Assembly (NCBI GenBank): GCA_030867685.1 | Contig: JAQOWU010000007.1 | Coordinates: 2,294,001-2,358,000, forward strand | DNA from: Wickerhamiella versatilis | Taxonomy: Eukaryota | Direction of reading: 5' to 3' | Length of the DNA: 64,000 nt | Position numbers and translations under genes: made by a program | Shown here: piece after piece, positions 41,576 to 52,592 of the stretch | Layout: each line of letters starts with the position of its first letter | How positions within the stretch are numbered: position 1 is the stretch's first letter | Notes under the pieces: model-generated | The model's database searches: none | Told to the model about the DNA's origin: nothing | Seen by the model: the letters and a program-made list of their open reading frames with translations, nothing else

Positions 41576-44371
41576 CTATAATAAATAACGAAGGAGTATT
41601 TCTTTCAATCTCCCTTTCTCAATAGGTTTTACAATGATCTCGTTAAAATTGATTTTGCATTTTTCGATAGTCTCAGCATCAGAATAGCCAGTAACAGCAA
41701 TAATCGGGCCTCTGTAGCAAAATGTCTCGCGTAACGAACTCGCAGCATCTAAACCATTCATTCCGACCATTTGGACGTCTAAAAATATCATATCGTAACA
41801 ACTCTTGGAGTCTAATGATTCCTCAACAAGTCCAATGACCTCTTCGCCAGAAGCTGCTGAATCGATCTCTTTAATCCCGAGTTGTAACAGCATGGTGGTT
41901 AAGACATGAAGATTAAGAGCATTGTCATCGGCAACCAGAATCCGTGAGCAGGAAGGTTTGATAGTTGGCTGTGCCTTATTGTTTGGCAATTTATCATCAA
42001 TAATTGAAATAACACCCTCCAAAGCATGTGCACTGGGCTTATCAGGGTCTGATAATGAAGTAGAGCTGGTTGACAAGTGTGGGGATATATTTAGACCCTG
42101 CGCGCGAAAAACTTGACCAGGCTGGGTGCTTATAACGTACCACATTTCTTCTGAAGGGAATGAAAAAGGTAAGTTTTCGAAAAAGCATTTCTCAGATAAG
42201 AGAGTTTTGGAGCAAAACACGGGGAACCTAAGTATGGCGGTCGTTCCTATGCTTTCCTCAGAATACACAATAATGTAGGCACCAATTGCTTGAGCTATTT
42301 TTTTGGCCATGGACATTCCAAGACCAGCTCCTCTATGACTCTTTGATAGGGACTCATCACCTTGGAACAACGGATCGAATATCTGACACAGCTGCCCACG
42401 GGTGATACCCGCGCCTGTATCTGTAATTATGACTTCACCTATGGCACGAACCACATGATCTGCATCTATAGCATGCTCATAAAGATCAAAACATATATAG
42501 GGGTCGTCTAAAGAAGCCTTCAGGCGAAACTCAACAGATATTCGGCCACTGTCACAAAACTTCACTGCGTTGGACATAAGTCGGTTGCATATATCTACTG
42601 CCCTGTCCAGGTCCCCTCGAATATTTTGATCCGATATCGTGTCTGGTGTACATGCTTCCACTATTCGTAAGTTTTTCGATCTAATATCAGCAGTAACAAT
42701 TGTGTTCAAAAAGTGCCTCGGTGTGAATTCATTCAGAGTCGCTTTAACCTCTATATGTCCCTTTGTATACCCCAACAAATCATCTAGAAGCACCATTAAA
42801 TTCCTACCTGACTCAATGATAACATAGAGGGATGCGCGTATACGATTTAAATCTTTCTCATCCATGCTTATTGACGTCATACCCATGATACCATTGAGAG
42901 GGGACCGCAGTTCATGGCTAATATTGGCAATAAATGAAGCCTTTGCTCTGTTGGCCACCTCAGCTGAGATCCGTGCCTCCTGAGCGACTTCTGTGTGTTT
43001 TCTAACTTCATCATCGAGAGAGAAGTAGTACTTATTGAGTTTGTCGACCATTGTATTGTACGCATCAATCAGCTCATCTAGCTCGTCCCTCCAGGGACGA
43101 GAAAGACTAGAAATATGCAATGGTATAGATACCGGTGTCTCCTCACCGTCATTAAAAGAATTTTTGGGATCTTTCGGGCTCATGGTGAACTTCATACCAT
43201 CACGGATATGGTGAAAAGGGCGCGTTACAAGCCAAGAGGTAGGAAGAATAAGTAGTAAAAGGCAGCCAAATATGCCTGCGGCTACCCCGATCAATATATC
43301 TTGTAGATGAATTTCCAAGTAGTGATCATTATGAATTTTAACCACCAGAAAAACATATACTGGATTTCCCAGGATGTTGGCAAACGAATATCCCAAATTA
43401 ACTTTACCCATTCCTGGAACAAGAGTATTCGTTTTGGATTCACTAGCCTTGTATGCTAGCGCGGATCGACTCTCTAGATTTGTAGATGTTGTGGAAGAAT
43501 TGGGATGCAAAGAGTGTGAATATAGCTTTCGCGCACTCTTTAAAGCCGGAAACGCGCTTTCAGAAAGACTTTCGTTAAGACTGGTTACATTATTAGGGTT
43601 CAGCCAAAATCGAAAATTAGATTTCACATCGTCACGCACCAAATACACAGCAGAGATATTATCCTCCTTAAATACAGTACCTGCTGCAGGATAAGCGTCG
43701 GCTGCTCGAAGAATTACAGTTAAATACCCGATATTAACACGGTTTTTGATCTGTGAGCCCACTACCTGGTGCGCCTTTATAGGTACAGTGACTGAAAATA
43801 TAGCAGGCGAATTTAAATCATTCTCATCGTACTGAATGGGCCACGATACACTAGTACCATATGAATGTATGCTGCTCACTGTTTCGTTAAATTTGCTGGT
43901 TAGCGGGAGGTTGGGCCATAGGGTACTCATTGTCATATTAGAATCCGGCTGGGTATAGTTTAATAAAGCAATAGGATTATGATTATCGTCCATTCCATAA
44001 ATAATAATTGCTTGCGGATAAGTTGAATCCAGCCACCCCTCAACATCGGACATCATCTGTCTTTTGTACTGATCCATACTTCCACCGTCGTTGAAGGACC
44101 ACACAGCACTCACAATCTGGTGAGAATATGCAAGAGCAATCAATTCATTAGCAATATTTATCGTTACTCGTTCCATCTCTGTTGCTGCAAGAGCGGCATA
44201 CTCTGCGTGCCGGGTGTTCAAAATCCCCCTCAAATGGTGACGTGAATACACCACAGTTACTAAAACCAAGACCAGCAAAAATATGAAAGTGCTGAAAGCG
44301 AGAAAGAATGAGAGCTGCAAAGGAATTAGCATTCTGGCTGCCGAAATACGGCGCCAGATCCTATGAAGCAT
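41576..44371 (-). CDS. Transmembrane hybrid sensor histidine kinase (Sln1-like), tandem copy A
   Basis: Two TM segments flank an N-glycosylated loop; H-box ANISHELRSPLNGI; SNAVKF, DTGAGI, GAGLGM; receiver ADDN..FLDVQM..KP. Confidence 0.9.
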   Translation of the reverse strand: MLHRIWRRISAARMLIPLQLSFFLAFSTFIFLLVLVLVTVVYSRHHLRGILNTRHAEYAALAATEMERVTINIANELIALAYSHQIVSAVWSFNDGGSMDQYKRQMMSDVEGWLDSTYPQAIIIYGMDDNHNPIALLNYTQPDSNMTMSTLWPNLPLTSKFNETVSSIHSYGTSVSWPIQYDENDLNSPAIFSVTVPIKAHQVVGSQIKNRVNIGYLTVILRAADAYPAAGTVFKEDNISAVYLVRDDVKSNFRFWLNPNNVTSLNESLSESAFPALKSARKLYSHSLHPNSSTTSTNLESRSALAYKASESKTNTLVPGMGKVNLGYSFANILGNPVYVFLVVKIHNDHYLEIHLQDILIGVAAGIFGCLLLLILPTSWLVTRPFHHIRDGMKFTMSPKDPKNSFNDGEETPVSIPLHISSLSRPWRDELDELIDAYNTMVDKLNKYYFSLDDEVRKHTEVAQEARISAEVANRAKASFIANISHELRSPLNGIMGMTSISMDEKDLNRIRASLYVIIESGRNLMVLLDDLLGYTKGHIEVKATLNEFTPRHFLNTIVTADIRSKNLRIVEACTPDTISDQNIRGDLDRAVDICNRLMSNAVKFCDSGRISVEFRLKASLDDPYICFDLYEHAIDADHVVRAIGEVIITDTGAGITRGQLCQIFDPLFQGDESLSKSHRGAGLGMSMAKKIAQAIGAYIIVYSEESIGTTAILRFPVFCSKTLLSEKCFFENLPFSFPSEEMWYVISTQPGQVFRAQGLNISPHLSTSSTSLSDPDKPSAHALEGVISIIDDKLPNNKAQPTIKPSCSRILVADDNALNLHVLTTMLLQLGIKEIDSAASGEEVIGLVEESLDSKSCYDMIFLDVQMVGMNGLDAASSLRETFCYRGPIIAVTGYSDAETIEKCKINFNEIIVKPIEKGRLKEILLRYLL

Positions 44372-44658
44372 CAGTACAAGATGCTTATGTCAGAGCGTAC
44401 TGTTTCTAATGCACTCTCCATTAGGATATGATAGTTATAGCGAAAGAGAAAAAAATGGCTCTCATAGATGTGAGATATTGGGCCAGGATAAATAATAGTA
44501 AATAGCCTACTGTGTGAAAGATGCTTGTTCCAAGGTATAATATAACTGAGGTATTTGCACGGTGAAGAGAAAAGAATACTTTTGATTCATCAGCACAGCG
44601 CGTATACCATGATTTAATATATAATAAAGAATTAGATAGCATGACAATATATAAATAA

Positions 44659-47265
44659 TTATTCACTTTTCATTAATCGAAGGTCTGTGAGTATCTTGTG
44701 GATTCCAGGTCTTCGTACGGGTTTAGAAAGAAACATGTTCATTCCCATAGATATACATCTCTCAGCATTTTCCTCGCTTGCATATGCAGATACAGCTATG
44801 ATAGGGACAGTGACATTTTCTTCATTACGAAGGTGCAGAGTAGTCTGCCTACCATCCATCTTAGGCATCTGGATATCCATAAATATTATATCGAACGATT
44901 TTCCTTCATTAAATGCATTTTGGACCTTCTTTATCGCTTCATATCCATCATAAGCCAGAACAACATCGGTGATCCCTTCTAGCTTTAGCATTCGCTGCAA
45001 AACCATGAGGTTAACCTTGTTGTCATCAACAAGAAGTGCTCTTAATGATGATAAACGCTTTTCGCTTCTCTGTGGGTAGGTCTCTGGGCAGGTTCCTGCT
45101 TCATTGGTTTCCCGAGGTCTTTCTGCAGACTTAACAGATGACTCTGAAGTATGATTTGAATCTTTACTGGCACCATCCATCGTCAGAGTGGTTGACACTT
45201 GCAGAGGTATTACAAGACTAAACTTAGAGCCTTTTCCAACTTCTGACTCTAATTCAATTGAGCCACCCATGGACTCAGCAAGTTGACGCGATATATACAG
45301 CCCGAGGCCCATTCCTTGTCTTTCATCCTGTATAAAGTTTCCGCCCCGAACAAACTCCTCAAATATTTTACTCCTAAGGTCATGAGGAATTCCAGGTCCT
45401 TCGTCCTCAACTTCAAGTCTGAAGAGGCCACTTCTGTTATCTTTGCTCATCAGAGACATGTGACAAATAAGCGTCCCTTCTTGAGGGGTGTACTTTAGTC
45501 CATTCGACACAATATTGAAGATTATTTGTAAAATGCGGTTAGCATCACCATGAAGTATATAAGACTTCGTTGATGGCTCAATCTCGACCAAAAGCTTTGC
45601 ATTTTTAGCAAGGCTCTGCTCGCTAAAAATAGCACTGAGCTGACTAGAAATTTCAGAGACAGTAAAGTCATGTTTGTCAAAGGTATTTTCATTTCGTTCC
45701 TCTGTGAAATATAACAAATCCATAAGTAAACGCAGTAATAGCTCACCACACCTCGTGATCGTCCTGAGGTTTTGGTGGATCAACGTAAAATTCTTTTCTT
45801 CTAGAGTAATGGATGCAGTTGCCATAATTCCATTGAGAGGCGTACGCAGTTCGTGCGTTATCCGAGCCAAAAACTGGGTTTTCGCATTGCTAGCTTTATT
45901 GGCTGCCTCATGGGCAGCCTCTATCTCGGACCGGCGCGCCATTACTCGCGAGTTTAGTATAGCGTATTCTTTGGAAAGATTTTCGCTCAACTGATTGAAG
46001 CGTCCGGTTATATCATCAATCTCATCGGGCCAGTGGTCTCTTAGTGGCACTTTGCTTGGCGCGAAAAAATCGGACTTGCGAGAAGTGATCGAGACGACAT
46101 TATCATGTGATGGTGAGAACAAGGAATAGCACCAATTTCTTGAAGGCTTGTGCTCATCGTTATTAGTGGCCCTATTCAGACGTACTATACGATGCACGAT
46201 GAAATTCGACAGAATTTGGGTAAGAACTATAAGCCCTCCTTCTACAGAAAAGCAGGCAATCAGAATCATATTTCGTACAGTTGAGGGCGACGCATAAGCA
46301 TATTGATGCTGTTGACGGACAACAATATACAACGCCAAGTTGGTGGAAAATGGTATTTTTCTACTACTCACGAGAACTTTTCCATCATCTGGATCATTTA
46401 CAATACTTGCATGCGGGGGGTTTTGTGAGTGCTCCATGGAATTTTTCTGAGAGTCGCTGACAGAAAAAGTCAAGCCTTTCGGAACAAGTGCTTCAACTCT
46501 GGGAGAATGCGGGTCCATGCTATGTCCAGGACAAAGAAGCCCTTGACCAACGTGGTACTGAGAGGACTGAAAGCGGCTACTATCTCTCGCCGAGAGAGCT
46601 TGTAGGAGATTATCCCCTAAAAAAATGCAGGTGATAATTCCAGTATTCCCTTTAGCATTGCTCAACGTGCTATTATGGGGTTGGATGCGGTCTGACGCAT
46701 GCATAGTTAGACTGAAGGCATAGAAAGTATGGTCCGTCGAGTTCTTGAATTGATATGGGCCACTGGTCCATGGCTCACTATTCTCTCTGAGAAAGCTGAG
46801 CACCAATTCAACACCGTTCTCACTTTGATCCAAAGGGAATAAATTATCATAATTTACCGAAGTGTCAAATCTATGGGATTTCACTTCAGCAGTTCGTGTA
46901 CCATTGGCCATATAAGTCCTAACACCCAGTGTACTATGAGTGGAAGACATGGTATCTAGCAGACCAGCAAGTTGATCATATGTTCTGTTACTAGGTTGCG
47001 AGACAAAAGCTCTGGTGAGATTATGTCTTAGTGACAATTGTTTTAAAGTTGTCTCCGCGTTCCCCAGAAACTCATTCGCTAGCTCAGCTCGAATGCGGCA
47101 TACAACATCGACGTAACCAGCTTGACTACTCAGGAAAATAGGCTTACTCAAAAAATATACTGCCACACTGAATGTCGCCATACCTATAGCTGTGATGAGC
47201 AGGACTAACTGCGTGAGCCCAATATCCATCCGGATATATGGCTTCCGCGTCCATAATCGACGCAT
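44659..47265 (-). CDS. Transmembrane hybrid sensor histidine kinase (Sln1-like), tandem copy B
   Basis: H-box ARITHELRTPLNGI; GDANRILQIIFNIVSNGLKYT, DEGPGI, GMGLGL; receiver VDDN..FMDIQMPKMDG..KP. First ATG at 47265; the track start is GTG. Confidence 0.92.
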   Translation of the reverse strand: MRRLWTRKPYIRMDIGLTQLVLLITAIGMATFSVAVYFLSKPIFLSSQAGYVDVVCRIRAELANEFLGNAETTLKQLSLRHNLTRAFVSQPSNRTYDQLAGLLDTMSSTHSTLGVRTYMANGTRTAEVKSHRFDTSVNYDNLFPLDQSENGVELVLSFLRENSEPWTSGPYQFKNSTDHTFYAFSLTMHASDRIQPHNSTLSNAKGNTGIITCIFLGDNLLQALSARDSSRFQSSQYHVGQGLLCPGHSMDPHSPRVEALVPKGLTFSVSDSQKNSMEHSQNPPHASIVNDPDDGKVLVSSRKIPFSTNLALYIVVRQQHQYAYASPSTVRNMILIACFSVEGGLIVLTQILSNFIVHRIVRLNRATNNDEHKPSRNWCYSLFSPSHDNVVSITSRKSDFFAPSKVPLRDHWPDEIDDITGRFNQLSENLSKEYAILNSRVMARRSEIEAAHEAANKASNAKTQFLARITHELRTPLNGIMATASITLEEKNFTLIHQNLRTITRCGELLLRLLMDLLYFTEERNENTFDKHDFTVSEISSQLSAIFSEQSLAKNAKLLVEIEPSTKSYILHGDANRILQIIFNIVSNGLKYTPQEGTLICHMSLMSKDNRSGLFRLEVEDEGPGIPHDLRSKIFEEFVRGGNFIQDERQGMGLGLYISRQLAESMGGSIELESEVGKGSKFSLVIPLQVSTTLTMDGASKDSNHTSESSVKSAERPRETNEAGTCPETYPQRSEKRLSSLRALLVDDNKVNLMVLQRMLKLEGITDVVLAYDGYEAIKKVQNAFNEGKSFDIIFMDIQMPKMDGRQTTLHLRNEENVTVPIIAVSAYASEENAERCISMGMNMFLSKPVRRPGIHKILTDLRLMKSE

Positions 47266-47563
47266 GCCCGGTTGATTACTCACCGGTTGTCTTGACGTCT
47301 TCGATTAGTACAAATTCGTTAAATGCAGATGGAATGATCATCGTGCATTAACTAATGAATCGAAATAATATATATGGTAGCTAAAAGAATTTTTTTGTAA
47401 TATGCTAAATTGCACCAAGGGAGAGGCGATGGCTTATTATGACTCGTGAATTATTGAGCAACCCAAAGCCTACCCTGGCAAAACAGTCTTATGAGCACTA
47501 AACTGGAGGAATGGGATCAGTATAATCTGCTTAAATAAAAAAAATATTGCTTGCCCCTTCTAA

Positions 47564-49555
47564 TCAGAACAGGGACAGTTTGATATTCATTTCATTAGCC
47601 AAGATCCACCAATCACTACCAGGCTTTTTCAAACGCCTATATTTTCTTACAACAGCCACAACTTCTGATAAGGCATCCTGGCAGTTGCAGGGTCCACAAA
47701 ATTCTATATAGCGCTGCCACTTGTCAAATCTACAGCAAAGCGATAGATTTTTTTCTGATGCCTCGCACGCGCCAATGAACCCAGGAAAAAAGAAAGGAAA
47801 TACCTTTAAGTCAGAAACAGGGTTAAGATGCATTATTGCCTCCAAGTTAACTACTAGTCTCTCAACGGTAGGCTGGAGCAAATAATGGCTTACACCCTTA
47901 ACTACTCGATAATAGTATAGAAAAAGCGCTTGATAAAACGCCTCAATATGATGGCTAATAATTGCCAAATGTCTCGACTGTTCTCCTTGGTCAGAAAGCT
48001 CGTTGAGTGGAGCAGGAATTCGAGGAGGCTCATACGACTTCTGCCAATTTGCAAGAGCGATTTCAATTGCAGTGGCACGATCAGAAATATGTTGAGGCAA
48101 TACGTGAGCACTTCCAGGCCTAAGATTTCGACTTGTAGCCAATTTCGAGGAGAGTAGTACTACCTCTTTAAATAAGTATGCCAGCGTACCAGGAAGGCCA
48201 AATGTATCCTCCCATGACTGAGCTTCATAGTTCTCTTTAATAAGAGATTCATCGCCTAACGTCTCCTCAAAGTATCTGTCAAACTCTGATTGGGTTTCCA
48301 TGTAGTTTAATGATATATGACGAGAGTTCAATTTTTGCAAGTAATCGACTCGTTTCCGTAATATATCGTTCTGTGGTTTGAGAACGTCCTCAAAAACCTT
48401 GTCTATCCAATCATCGTTATCAAGCGAGCGTTCATTCGCAAAGCAGGAGGAATCACTCAGGCTAGCCTTTTGAGATAGGACCAACATTGCACAGTATCTA
48501 TGAAGTAAGAGTGCCTTGGAACTTTGTTTAGGACGGCTTCTGAGACGTAAATTTACAATCCGCCGGATCGTCCCAAGAAGTTGATTTCGCTCAGATGGAG
48601 AGTCTGTTTGGCATTCGGCAATTACCATGGATAACAGTGCGGCTAAGAAATCCTTATACTTACCAAATCGAGTTCCCGTGACACAGTTGACAACACACCT
48701 CGTGCTATATTCTTCGAGTTGTTCACCCAAGTTTTGGTAATAGCGGAAGCTTGGGCTCGCAGTGGGAAACTTATTTCTTAAACAATATGCGCTTGTTGCA
48801 AATACTGAATATAAGAGCAATAACCTCGCAGAACTAGTGCTGCCCGTCATATCAATGTCACTAAGTGCCGCGAATACTCGGGGCAGACACTGTGAGCACC
48901 ATACATTTCTGGAGTTCAATACGACTGACATGTATGGTGCAAAGTTGTGCTGGTAGTTCACGAGCAAGTAACGACCTAATATATTAAGCCTCTTGCCACA
49001 TTTGATCCTTTCAATCAGGCTACTATCGAGAATTGGCACACCGATTGAATTTTCTATGTAAATAGATTCGAAAAGAAGGGATTCAACATCTTGGCTTTCG
49101 GAGGAGCCTTCGGCTAGCTGAGGTAGTATAATGACTTCTCGGAAGAGGGAATCGAGATTCTGATCGGTATTCGCAACAAGACTAGCGCTGGCTGTCTGAT
49201 CACTACTCAGTGAGTGGACATGTGAGTCACCTAAACACTCGCGTTGTAGAATTTTAAAAGCACCAAATGGTCCATTGGTGGTAGTACCCCCTTGACAAAT
49301 GGAATCATCCAGACAATCAATAGCACGGTCAAGTTCGTTATAAGTATGATACATCATCATCCTCGGTAACTTCTCAGATATTATGCCGCGTCGTATTCCA
49401 CTTCGCTTCTTGGAATCCCAGCTGAGCTTTGCTCCGTAGCCGTCACACTGAATGCCCAGTCTCCTGCAGGCCGAGCATTCAGGAAGGTGTCGGTCACATT
49501 TTACTTTCCGGCGCCGACATGCGGAACAGCCACTAAACTCACGAGTACCCACCAA
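47564..49555 (-). CDS. Zn(II)2Cys6 transcription factor (Arg81/Thi2-like); no in-frame ATG before the zinc cluster
   Basis: FSGCSACRRRKVKCDRHLPECSACRRLGIQCDGY; FPGFIGACEA. The ORF opens with TTG; in-frame stop at 49592-49594. Confidence 0.8.
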   Translation of the reverse strand: MVGTREFSGCSACRRRKVKCDRHLPECSACRRLGIQCDGYGAKLSWDSKKRSGIRRGIISEKLPRMMMYHTYNELDRAIDCLDDSICQGGTTTNGPFGAFKILQRECLGDSHVHSLSSDQTASASLVANTDQNLDSLFREVIILPQLAEGSSESQDVESLLFESIYIENSIGVPILDSSLIERIKCGKRLNILGRYLLVNYQHNFAPYMSVVLNSRNVWCSQCLPRVFAALSDIDMTGSTSSARLLLLYSVFATSAYCLRNKFPTASPSFRYYQNLGEQLEEYSTRCVVNCVTGTRFGKYKDFLAALLSMVIAECQTDSPSERNQLLGTIRRIVNLRLRSRPKQSSKALLLHRYCAMLVLSQKASLSDSSCFANERSLDNDDWIDKVFEDVLKPQNDILRKRVDYLQKLNSRHISLNYMETQSEFDRYFEETLGDESLIKENYEAQSWEDTFGLPGTLAYLFKEVVLLSSKLATSRNLRPGSAHVLPQHISDRATAIEIALANWQKSYEPPRIPAPLNELSDQGEQSRHLAIISHHIEAFYQALFLYYYRVVKGVSHYLLQPTVERLVVNLEAIMHLNPVSDLKVFPFFFPGFIGACEASEKNLSLCCRFDKWQRYIEFCGPCNCQDALSEVVAVVRKYRRLKKPGSDWWILANEMNIKLSLF

Positions 49556-49639
49556 TTGCGTAGAAAATGGATGGTAATGTAAAATGCGTGGTTATGAAAC
49601 ATAGGGTCTATCTAGGTGAAGGGTTTCATACCTAAGCAC

Positions 49640-50727
49640 TTATGGTATCATTATCAAGTGTCTTGAAGTTACCAAAGATTGATTAAAGTTTCACATTGAA
49701 TTTCATAGTATCATCCCCTTTTTTTAGCCTTCTGCATAAGATACTTATAGGTTTGAAGTGTTTGGTTTCAAGCATGGTCACCAGAAACGAAGGGTCTATA
49801 TTTCTCGTCTGCTGCTGCCTTTTTGTTAGCGAATTGTGGTAAAGGCTGCACTATTTTATCATTATCCAAAACATAGAAAACGGGAATGGAAGGCGCTCCT
49901 CTTTCACTTTTCGGACACTGTGTGTGGTTGCCATATACTGGCCAGCCGTCATTACTACAAGCATGTCGCCTATGTTAACAATGAGTGCGTTTTCTATTGG
50001 CATTGTATCGATCTACTGGCTACTATCATTTAGCACTTCTAGTCCAGAGTCCTCCGCCAGTAGCATGGTAAAGAGGTCGAAATCCGTATGTGCACCAATT
50101 CCCTGCATGTCCTCTCTGTTCGTACCAGCAGGATAATGAATCATGCGCATATTGGACGTTGCGTTGTGATCATACACTCATAGATGTATTCATCAAGTCC
50201 AAGGCCTAAGGTAAAGCCACGAGAGAGGTAAGAGCCCGATTTGAGGGTTTCGTAATAAAAGTTTCAACCCGTTCACTGAAGTTTTTTCTATTTCTGTTGG
50301 CCACTTATTAGGTCCAAGGAGAGATACACCTACTAGTACAAGAAGATGATTGGCAGTTATCTCTATCCCAATATCGAAAGACTCTTTGTGATCCTGCATT
50401 GTACTGGCTTGAAACACCACCTCCCCTTCAGACACATATCTCTTATGATTGAGAGAGTTTCCAATATAGTAGCGCATCGTATCCTACATATCCAACTTCA
50501 CGAAGCCTTCTGCTGCACTTTTAGCACCATCAAATACATCCGGGTTGATATGATTTTCTGCTATGTAGACAAATCCAACGAACGTGTCTTGCAGCATCTT
50601 CGAGTTCTTTTGCGAAGGCGAGCCTATCTTTAAGATTATTCGAATAGAGCCCGCTTACGCTGACAATTGGAATGGAAGTGATATTCTTATTTGATATAGA
50701 CAAGGCTCCATGTGTCAGTTGATCCAT
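49640..50727 (-). pseudogene. 2-oxoglutarate/Fe(II) oxygenase (isopenicillin N synthase family) pseudogene
   Basis: Fragments IPIVSVSGLYS / VGFVYIAENHI / DHKESFDIG..LLGPNKWP / MRMIHYP..GIGAHTDFDLFTML..GLEV..*..VNIGDML..ATTHSVRKV..ER. A 4-bp duplication frameshift at 50577-50584, an in-frame TAG at 50013-50015 and further lesions. The 3' end is approximate. Confidence 0.88.
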
Positions 50728-50878
50728 TCATCTGAGGGACGAAGCGATACCCGGTGAGATATGGGTTTGGTTTACACCAAATGGGAATGCGGGGCCGACG
50801 AGCTTATTTGTCAACCTGGATCAAAAGTTACTTACCATCAAGTCTTATTTCGTCTCTCCGGTAGTTTTACAAAGTAGC

Positions 50879-51670
50879 ATGAAACTTCGAAGTATCGCAA
50901 AAGCTTTGGAGGTGAAGCATGAGGGCGAAACAGACCAGACCACATACTTGCAGAACAAGGATATCATTCCTATGGACCGCAGAGACGAAATTGGGGAGCA
51001 TTGACTTATGGATTTTATTGGTCACTTTTGAATGTCAGCTTAGCTACTTGGTCTGGCGCTTCGTCTATTTTATCATTGGGTCTTTCTGTTTGAGAGACAA
51101 TGGGTGCGATCGTGATCGGTAATCTATTGATTGCATCCTGGAGTCTTCTCAACTCAGCACCGGGTGGAAAATACCATATAGGGTATACAATCAACCAGCA
51201 TGTTGCTTTTGGCATCCGTGGTTCTCTTTTGCCTATTATCATGAGAATTATCTTGTCAGTAGTATGGTATGCATCTGAGTCTTATCTTGGATCACTATGT
51301 CTAAATTGTGTTTTCGCATCTTGGAGCAAAAACTATTTATATCTGAAGAACACCATTCCTCAATCCGTGCAAATGTCAACCCGGCAACTTATTGGGTTGG
51401 TATGTTACCATATAATTGGTTACCCATTGTTGCTTATTCGTCCTGAGCGCTTGAAAAAAGGTATGACAATATGTGTTTTTTTGAATTTTTTTGTATTTCT
51501 GGGGATTAAAATCTGGGCCGTTCACATGAATGGTGGAAATGGTCCGCTTATGAGCTCATCAGGCAAGACATTGTCTGGCTCAGCTAGAGGTTGGGCCTGG
51601 GTCAAAGGTATCTGTACATGGTACGGTAACCTCTGCACTGGAGTGACCAACCAGGCTAATTACACGCGAG
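50879..51670 (+). pseudogene. NCS1 nucleobase/allantoin/thiamine permease (Fur4/Dal4/Thi7-like), 5' half only
   Basis: ATG at 50879 gives MKLRSIAKALEV..NKDIIPM; frameshift near 50980 into RRNWGALTYGFYW; in-frame TGA at 51091-51093; PGGKYHIGY..FGIRGS. Similarity stops at NQANYTR. Confidence 0.88.
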
Positions 51671-52592
51671 CCTGGCCATGTTCAAATACATAGAGTGCGA
51701 AAAGGCAGATGGCGTGCTGGCCTTCGAGATCGGTGGGGGAAACGGATTTACCGCGATGAAATGCGGATCTTCAGCAAAGCTGGATTTGCCAGTTGTCGAT
51801 TATGATTTAATGGGACGGGCATATCCCACGCACAACCAGACTACTGTATGTGCTCTCACTGGAGGACACTTTTGGGATGTGGTGTCTATTTCTGATTGTA
51901 ATAGAAATAATATTTTGATAACGGGTGCTCAAATCGATGAGCTTGTGGAGAGAATGGCGCGAGCAGCACTTGCACAAATTGGATGTTACGTGGAGGCAGC
52001 TAATACACCAATGTCTTCTAAACAGTTGGACCAAATGACGATTCATAATTCGCTCTCCCAAGCTTGGAGTATAGGAAGAGCTGTCTTTATTGGTCGACAG
52101 AAAATGGAGATAGATAGGCTACCCAAGTACAGTTTGGATAGCCTTGGTGGTGATGGCAAGATTGGACGTCAAATTTTCCAAGGGAAAATAGTACGCGTTG
52201 AAAAAAAGCTTCATATTGGCCAGGTTTACGGGGAGGTGCAGATTGAAGATGAAAACCAGAACTGTTTGAAAATTCCTTTCAAAAATGAGAACATCGTTGC
52301 TGAACTACAATCAAATGGTTCCAATCACTGGGATGTACTCACTTCAGTCCCCGACTTGATCTCTGTTTGTTATAGCGACAGTGGTGAGGCATGTGGTACG
52401 CCGGACTACCGCTATGGCATTATGGTATTTGTTATTGCCATTGCACCCAGCAATTTATGGACAAGTTCTGATAGAGCTCTTGCTGTTGGTGGACAAGAAG
52501 GATTTGGTCCAATATTTGAAGGTATAAGGTATACTCCAGTTGGCATTTATTCCGAGCCACTATCAGTGATAGATGAGTATTTCATGGCCTAG
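51671..52592 (+). pseudogene. 3' fragment of a DUF917-domain gene (C-terminal part of a fungal hydantoinase/oxoprolinase-DUF917 protein)
   Basis: EIGGGNG, VVDYDLMGRAYP, FQGKIVRVE, IPFKNENI, SVPDLISV, GEACGTPDYRYG. It begins mid-domain directly after the truncated NCS1 gene, with no promoter space. Confidence 0.78.
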
